The translations under genes and the position numbers were made by a program. From assembly GCA_002269645.1 (NCBI GenBank), contig NIVC01001961.1:1-64000 (forward strand): 64,000 nt of DNA, written 5' to 3'. A model generated the notes under the pieces. It saw nothing but the letters and a program-made list of their open reading frames with translations. It had not been told where the DNA came from and ran no database searches. This DNA comes from Macrostomum lignano (Eukaryota). Each line of letters opens with the position of its first letter. Positions within the stretch are counted from its first letter, which is position 1. Of this stretch, positions 56,184 through 64,000 are shown one piece after another.

Positions 56184-59100
56184 TCAGCAAAGACTCGATC
56201 TGCCGTTAGCTCCGCTCTGTCGCAGCCAGACAAAATTGCTGCCACCAAATTTGTCAGACGGATTTTGCTGCGGCTGCATCGACGGAGGCTGCAGCAGCAG
56301 CTCCAAGTTCTCGGTGGGCTGCTCCGACAAGTCCACAACCTGTAGCTGCCGCTGCTGTCGCTGCTGCTTGGGCTCGCCCGAATTGGAAGGCCGGGTCCTC
56401 TCAGCCACCAGCCGGTAAAGCAACTCGATGCATTCGACAAAGAATGCCAGAGTCAGGCCGATGTACATGGAGCAGAGGCCGCCGATGCGGCTGAACAGAG
56501 CGTTGACGGTGAGGACGATCTTCTCCTGCCTCACCAGAGTGTTGTTGGCGCGCCGCTTCACCATCACGTAGGTGAATCGCTCGTCGAAATGAAAATTGGT
56601 GTTGTTGGCCAGCAGCGCCGGGTCAGTGATGTTCCTCATGCGCAGGTAGTCTTTGACGCGACGCAAACCCCGTTTAAAATTTTCGGGAGTATCCAGCAGC
56701 AGGTTCAGCTTCATCAAGTAGTCGTTCCATCGCTCCGACACCTCCTTGATCCAGTGCAGCATCCAGTGGGTGTCGCGCCACTTCGTGACCGAGAGCTCCT
56801 TGCGGTAACTGAGCTCGGTGCACCTGGGCAGGCAGTCGGTCGCCTCGAACTGCTGCCGAATCCTTCGCTGATCGATGCTCTTGGCGCACCTCAGCCTGCT
56901 GAACAGTTTGTCGTCGATGAAGCCGCAGTAGGGATGGCTGGCGTTTGCCTGCGTCACCAGGGGCAGCTCGACGTACAGACAGCCACAGGCGCTGAGGAAG
57001 GCCTCCTGCACCTTGGTGTTGAGGCACAGCTCCTGGTCGTAGTTGTACATCTGGCCGTGATCGGCGAAACGTCGTCGACGAATCTCGGCGTCGTCCAGGC
57101 AGAGACTGCGCGGTGTGTTGGCGCGGACGAAGCGCTCGGTCTGGTACTTGATCTCGTTCATCTTGCCCGGCTCCGTCTGGACACCCTGCCGCAGCATCTG
57201 CGAGCGCAAATGGTAGATTGCGTAGTAGGTAAGGGCCTGAAATAATGGCCAAACACGAGTGCGCGTAGCAACGTCATTGTCTATAAGACACATAGAGGCC
57301 ATTATTTCAGCATAGCGCAGTCTGGCGGCCATTATTTCAGCGTGCCGGAAGCGGACAATATTTCACACTTTTTTAATTGGCTGTTTTGAGAGTTATTTTA
57401 CCCATAGACGACTAAGATGTGTGTCTTAGTTTGACCATAGACAACACTGTGATGAGTGCTGATTTCGTTTGCGTCTTGCTAAGCTATTGCGTAAGCTATT
57501 TGTCTTGTCAAACAACTATGGCTGGTGCATCTCGTCAAACAACTATAGCTGGTGCATCTCGTCAAACAACTATGGCTGGTGCATCTCGTCAAACAACTAT
57601 AGCTGGTGCATCTCGTCAAACAACTATAGCTGGTGCATCTCGTCAAACAACTATAGCTGGTGCATCTCGTCAAACAACTATAGCTGGTGCATCTCGTCAA
57701 ACAACTATAGCTGGTGCATCTCGTCAAACAACTATAGCTGGTGCATCTCGTCAAACAACTATAGCTGGTGCATCTCGTCAAACAACTATGGCTGGTGCAT
57801 CTCGTCAAACAACTATGGCTGGTGCATCTCGTCAAACAACTATGGCTGGTGCATCTCGTCAAACAACTATGGCTGGTGCATCTCGTCAAACAACTATGGC
57901 TGGTGCATCTCGTCAAACAACTATAGCTGGTGCATCTCGTCAAACAACTATGGCTGGTGCATCTCGTCAAACAACTATGACTGGTGAATCTCGTCAAACA
58001 ACTATGACTGGTGAATCTCGTCAAACAGCCCCGCTTATTAATTGGAAAAATCTTCTTGTCAACGACTGAACGATCCGGGCGACCTATGCTTCAGTGGAGG
58101 TGACACAGGATATGCGGGTGAAGCATGGTAAGTATAATATGTCAACATTGTAAATAAATTAGTGGCTATACTAATGGCCATAGAGAAACTGTGGATTTTT
58201 TACAATGTCCATTAATCTGCAGGTCGGATGGATTCGGAACGCGCAGTTCGCTTCTTCGAGAACTGCCACTTCAAGAATTGCACGTTTTAGTTTTAATGAA
58301 CAACTTCTGATGAAGAGACCATGACTACTGTGCTGTTTTTGTGCTTAATGTGCGCGTTTTCCATGGATTGTTAGCTAAAATGTCTTGACTATCCTTATTT
58401 TGAGTGTATTCCATGCCATGTAGACTGTTTGCGAACATCATTCCCTTATGTCAGTTAATAAGTGCATAGTTAACTAAACGTCTATGGTTCAAACGCCTGC
58501 TAAAGCTGAACTAATGGCCATTTGAGTTTTTCATTACGCCAGGCTGTGTCTTATGGACAATAGCGGAGTGGGGAAATGGCTGCGCCGATTATTGGACAAC
58601 AGGAAATGTTTTTTATTGCTGGGGGAATTGTGACTGACTTGGGACTGTTATTTCCCTTGTAAATAACAACTCAATAAGTAACTTCCTTGTAACGTGCATA
58701 AAATCCAGCAAGGTCTTCGCTAAGTCTATTTTGGCTCATTTCAAGCTGCGATTTGCAACCACTCCGGGCCAAAAATCGCTAAAGACGCAGTATTCATCTA
58801 TTTTTTTCAGGCTTTTTAAAGCGAAGAAAATAGCTCAGATCTCAGGTCTCTGGCAACCATGATTCCAGATTTTTCTGTAGGACCAATTCCCTATTCCTCG
58901 ATTCTCCACTCCCCATTCCCCAATTCCCTATTTCCCATTCCAGATTCCCCGATTCCCCATTCCCCATTCCCCGATTCCCCATTCCCCGATTCCCCATTTC
59001 CTGATTCCCCACTCCTCGATTCCCCATTCCCCGATTCCCCATTTCCTGATTCCCCACTCCTCGATTCCCCAATTCCCCGATTCCCCAATCCCCGATTCCC

Positions 59101-62100
59101 CATTTCCCGATTCCCCATTTCTCGATTCCCCATTCCCGGTTCCCCATTTCCCAATTCCCCATTCTCCGATTCCCCATTCCCCGATTCCCCATTTCCCGAT
59201 TCCCCATTTCCCGAATCCCCATTTCCCGATTCCCCGATTCCCGATTCCCCATTCCTCGATTCCCCATTCCTCGATTCCCCATTCCCCGATTCCCCATTTT
59301 TCGATTCCCCATTTCCCGATTCCCCGATTCCCGATTCCCCATTCCTCGATTCCCCATTCCTCGATTCCCCATTCCCCGATTCCCCATTCCCGATTCCCCG
59401 ATTCCCCATTCCCCGATTCCCCATTCCCCGATTCCCCATTCCCCGATTCCCCATTTCCTATTCCCGGTTTCCGATTCCCCATTCCCCGATTTCCCATTCC
59501 CCGATTCCCCATTCCCCGATTCCCCATTCCCCGATTCCCCATTCCCCGATTCCCCATTCCCCGATTCCCCATTCCCCGATTCCCCATTCCCCGATTCCCC
59601 ATTCTCCGATTCCCGATACCGCAACCGCTACAGTCAGTTAATAATAATTATTTTTCTGGAGTCAGCTGTCTCGTAGACAATAAAATATGCCTACAAAAAC
59701 ATATTGTCTCCCTGCACCTGGCCGCGTCTTGCGCGGGCAAACTGCCTCTACTTCCTTAGGGAAAAAACAAACTTGCTCTCTGGCCCTGCGAACAGTAAGA
59801 AATTGAGAAGAGGCGAACGGTCCTGGAGTAATTTGGTAGCGGAGATCACGGAATCCCAGCGACCTCAGGCTCAGGGCGTTTTGGGGGCCAGCGTTATTGT
59901 TATATTCTATATCTGGAATAAATCTGGGAGGGAAAAAGCTTTTATTCAGATCGAGATGGATTTCTCCCATCCCCTCTCTGCCCTCCCAGCGCCATGCGGC
60001 AGTCAAATCAGGCTGTTTTGCAAATGGGTTCTGTACGGAAGTAGAAGAAAAGAGAAGTAATAAAATGAATGCACCTTTATCGTCTCTACACCTGATCAAA
60101 ATAGTGCATTGTTTGCTTTTCAAGATTTAGAAATTCAAGTGGTTTCTTTTGCGAGCATCTAGAAAAATTTAAGTGTATATACGAGTGACGTCACGCACTG
60201 CCCTCAGCCGGTGCAGGAAGTGCGTGAGCTGATGCCGCGGCCACCCTACCAGCAGGGACAGTCTAGCTCTCGGCCTCTTTTCGATTTCCCGCATAAGAAT
60301 CCTCAACTATTTAAATTATTTTATTCCAATTCCTCCAACTGGAGAAGCGCCAGTGAATGATTGACGACTTTCTGAGTCAGTACGGATCGGAGTACTTGCG
60401 CCAACCAGCCGCAGAAATAAATCTTCAACTATCTTTGCATCGAGTTAAATCGCGCCCACTGATTCATCGTTTACGCTGGAGCCGCAAGTTACACTGCCGG
60501 CAGCAACTGAATGCAATAAACAATTCAGCGACATTTAACTCTGATGCAAATCGACCGATAAAGCTGTGGTGCGCCATAAACTGAACCTTTCGCTGGCTTC
60601 CAGCCAAAAGGTTAGTTCGCTAAAAGCCGCGATTTCTATTGACTTGACATCTCTGTGGCGGGAGCTCGATTGGATTTTGGGACAATTTTTTTCACCGGTC
60701 GCGTTGGGATCGATTGGATTTGCTACTATTATGGGCTTCGGACGCACTGGCACAGCGAACACTCGTTGAGGGCCTTTAAAGTGTTTTTTGCTATTGTAAG
60801 CAGAGTTTGATCTGCAGGGAAAATAGTTTTGATCAAATTGGATAAGTATGACGCTTAGGACACTTAGACACGAGATGATGTAACTACGAGCTATTTCAGA
60901 CACTATTGAAGGCGTGTTAGACACTAGTTAAGGCGTGTTAGACACTAGTTAAGGCGTGTTGGACACTAGTTAAGGCGTGTTAGACACTAGTTAAGGCGTG
61001 TTAGACACTAGTTAAGGCGTGTTAGGCACTAGTTAAGGCGTGTTAGACACTAGTTAAGGCGTGTTAGGCACTATTTAAGGCGTGTTAGACACTAGTTAAG
61101 GCGTGTTAGACACTAGTTGAGGCGTGTTAGGCACTATTTAAGGCGTGTTAGACACTAGTTAAGGCGTGTTAGACACTAGTTAAGGCGTGTTAGACACTAG
61201 TTGAGGCGTGTTAGACACTAGTTAAGGCGTGTTAGACACTAGTTAAGGCGTGTTGGACACTAGTTAAGGCGTGTTAGACACTAGTTAAGGCGTGTTAGAC
61301 ACTAGTTAAGGCGTGTTAGGCACTAGTTAAGGCGTGTTAGACACTAGTTGAGGCGTGTTAGGCACTATTTAAGGCGTGTTAGACACTAGTTAAGGCGTGT
61401 TAGGCACTTTAAATGTTCAAGCGTCTCACAAGGACCACAAGATATTTTTGTTCGCACTTTTCCCTAGAAACTGAGTTAGATTAACGATCCCAGCTCACCG
61501 CAGGGTGGCTTCCCGGCTCGTGCACAGCCACACGCAGTCCGTAGGCCTGCTCGAATATGTCGAAAAGGAAGCCCTGCTTGTGCTGGACTCCGTAACTCTC
61601 CACGGGACCCAGCCAGATAATGAGCGCCAGGCTGAACACGTCCTGAATGACATCCGGGTTGAACTGCAGCGTGTAGCAGTTGAAATAGTTCGGGTGGCTG
61701 AACGTCGTCACATCTAGCAGCCTGTCGTAGCAGCCCTTCGTGCCCTGCACCTGCGCAGAGGAGAACTTGAAAATGCAGTCGACGAATGAATCGTTCCTGG
61801 AGTGGCCCAGCATCGCCGCTTGGGACGCCTTCAAGTTTTGAAAGTAGAGCCTGGATGAGTCCATAGGGAGGGTCAGCTGAAGCGCTTTCATGCTGGCGGA
61901 CAAGACCTCCTTGTACTCTTGGTCGGTGGCGTCGCTCTGCGGTTCGGTCACTTTCTTCTCGTACGCGCCTTCGATGTCCAGCTCCGAGAGCAGTCGAAGA
62001 CCATGCTGGCGCAGCTGCCAGTTGAAGTCAGTCGGTGATGGCACGGTTTTGTCCGTCCAGAGTCGGAAAGCATTCTTCGAGAACGGCTGGTTGTTGCAGA

Positions 62101-62335
62101 TGCTCACCGCCGGGAACGGGCTGACGTCGTCCAGATCGAGCCGGGTCTGGATGTTCACGTCGTACTGCAGGTAGTCGAGGGTGACGTTCACGGCGCTGTA
62201 GAACAGCAGGGAGGTGGAGCCGAGCACGAACAGGACCCACAGGTGGCTGAGAAAGCGGCTCGGACTCTTGAAAATCCGACCGACACCGCGAATGCTGGTG
62301 CTCTCGAGGAAGGCTCTGGTCTCTTCTGAGATCAT
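56184..62335 (-). CDS. DEG/ENaC (ASIC/FaNaC superfamily) ion channel, two coding exons
   Basis: Exon 1 62335-61499 ([11 protein letters not shown]1 [35 protein letters not shown]). Exon 2 57197-56184 ([26 protein letters not shown]2 [19 protein letters not shown]). This phase-0 join gives the H-x11-G spacing seen in ASIC (HSQDEPPFIDQLG). Confidence 0.9.
57510..58025. repeat. 27-bp minisatellite (AAACAACTATRGCTGGTGCATCTCGTC) in the ENaC intron
   Basis: About 19 copies. Confidence 0.95.
58870..59615. repeat. 15-bp C-rich minisatellite (ATTCCCCGATTCCCC) in the ENaC intron
   Basis: Tandem unit read directly. Confidence 0.95.
60915..61408. repeat. 21-bp minisatellite (ACACTAGTTAAGGCGTGTTAG) in the ENaC intron
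   Basis: Tandem unit read directly. Confidence 0.95.
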
Positions 62336-63449
62336 CGTTCGGTGTGCGACTGCCGCAGGTGAGGAAGTTGTGGGCGTTTAGCTTAGGGTGGTCCAGAAAG
62401 GCATAACAAACTGAGTTTCCCCTAGAGCTCCATGGATGCTTTTTAATCCATTTTAATCTAAAACAATATTGGTACTTGCTTCAAAAAACATGAGGACACA
62501 GCATGAAATCGGCAGTGCAGTTTTTTAGGCACTGCTCAAAGTCATCGTCAGCTGCGTGATGAATGCCTTCAGCTGTAGATACTTCAGTTATTGAAACGGG
62601 TGTTCTTTAAGAAAACTTCTGCACCTTCCTAGTTTTCAAAGCAAGTAGCAAGATTTTTCAAGTAAAAATATCATCAGAAAAAGGTCTATAAGCATGCATG
62701 TATCAAATTTCAACCCAATCCACCAACCCAGTGCATAGAAAACTCAATTTGTCATCTGGGAGACCTTTCGGGACCATCAGCTGTAATCGCTATAGTCAGG
62801 GAAGAAATTCTTGACGACTTTTAAAGGATTAAGGAGGCTGCCGAAGATACGCAACAAATTATGGCCTCGCAATCATGAAAAAATTCAAATAAAATACAGC
62901 TCCTGCTCCGTCGTTTCCCCGCCTACATAAAAACTCACTCAGTGACTCCCGATATTTGATAAACAACTCAAGCGCTTTTCCAAATGCAATTAAATAAATT
63001 AATTTTCAAACCCAATTCAAGTTATGATTTGCTTAATCAACACAAAATTTCTCCAATAGATTACTCACGCTATAATTGTTGCGAATGCGCTGCACCTGCG
63101 GCTTAAGCTGAAAGATAAAGTTTCAGAGCTCAAGGTGGATTCCAGAAGTCAGCTAGCAATGGAATGCTGGGCGGATGCCAATAAGGCCGTTGGAATTGGT
63201 TGGAGGGAGATATCCTCGATTTGAGATCCTCGGCTCTGGCTCTGCCATTGGCTGGGGATTTTGCCAGTCCACGCTGGGCGCTGCAAGTCCGGCAAAGCCC
63301 CAGCCTTCTCCCTTGAGCAGGCGGAGAAGTGCTCCCGGATTGACAAAATCTGTAATCAGCATTCTGAGTAAACAGCGGGGGCTGCGGCCCCCTGCTCCTG
63401 GATTTGTGTACTCATTTTCAGCCAGGGCGACTCAGGTTAGGGCAGCCCG

Positions 63450-63462
63450 GTCGCTTAGCAAC
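63450..63462. promoter_or_regulatory. RFX X-box-like motif ~1.1 kb upstream of the DEG/ENaC start
   Basis: GTCGCTTAGCAAC. Confidence 0.4.
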
Positions 63463-63704
63463 CAAAACTGGAGATGTCATTCTCGGGTGAAATGAAAAGC
63501 CTGAAAAGTTGGGGATAAGTTATACAAGCGTGTAACGACTGTCAGATGCGATGGCAATTTGCGGGGACTACGAGGTCAATCCAGAGTGAAATGATGAATT
63601 TCTAGATGCAAAAGAACGGTTCAAATAGGATCCTCCAAATGAGAAATTCAGTGCCAATGTAAAACCCTGTATGAGTGCGTGCCTTCGCTCGTACCAGTGA
63701 GTAT

Positions 63705-64000
63705 TGCTGGCACAATCGCCATTCAGGATGCAACAGTTGCTGGCACAATCGCCATTCAGGATGCAACAGTTGCTGGCACAATCGCCATTCAGGATGCAAC
63801 AGTTGCTGGCGCAATCGCCATTCAGGATGCAACAGTTGCTGACACAATCACCAAACAGTTGCTGGCACAATCGCCATTCAGGATGCAACAGTTGCTGGCA
63901 CAATCACCATTCAGGATGCAACAGTTGCTGGCACAATCGCCATTCAGGATGCAACAGTTGCTGGCACAATCGCCATTCAGGATGCAACAGTTGCTGGCAC
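63705..64000. repeat. 33-bp minisatellite (GCACAATCGCCATTCAGGATGCAACAGTTGCTG), runs off the window
   Basis: Tandem unit read directly. Confidence 0.93.

Overview
This is intron-rich animal genomic DNA. GC-rich, Ala/Pro-rich exons and minisatellite-filled introns suggest a free-living flatworm such as Macrostomum (inference only). Genes reconstructed by hand: (1) a C2H2 zinc-finger + DUF3504 (Crypton-derived, apparently non-catalytic) gene, + strand, ~2.96-20.59 kb; (2) STT3B, -, 6 exons; (3) DDX21/DDX50-like DEVD helicase, +, 5 exons; (4) NEMF/Rqc2, +, 5 exons; (5) two tandem intronless paralogs encoding small secreted 6-Cys proteins, -; (6) a two-exon DEG/ENaC channel, -. An intron of gene 1 holds a Penelope-like retroelement between two (TATC)n tracts. 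It has an SGNH-esterase-like ORF1, a candidate -1 ribosomal frameshift signal into the RT-GIY-YIG ORF, and fold-back hairpins at both ends. Also present: a tRNA-derived SINE, a Merlin-like MITE, about 30 distinct tandem arrays, and a sharply bounded AT-rich, CpG-depleted island (~28.3-34.55 kb) containing STT3B exon 1. Several single-base -1 frameshifts, including one in NEMF, look like long-read deletion errors, which limits any frameshift-based claim. No database searches or computations were run. Family assignments come from motifs recognised by eye, and repeat boundaries are approximate.
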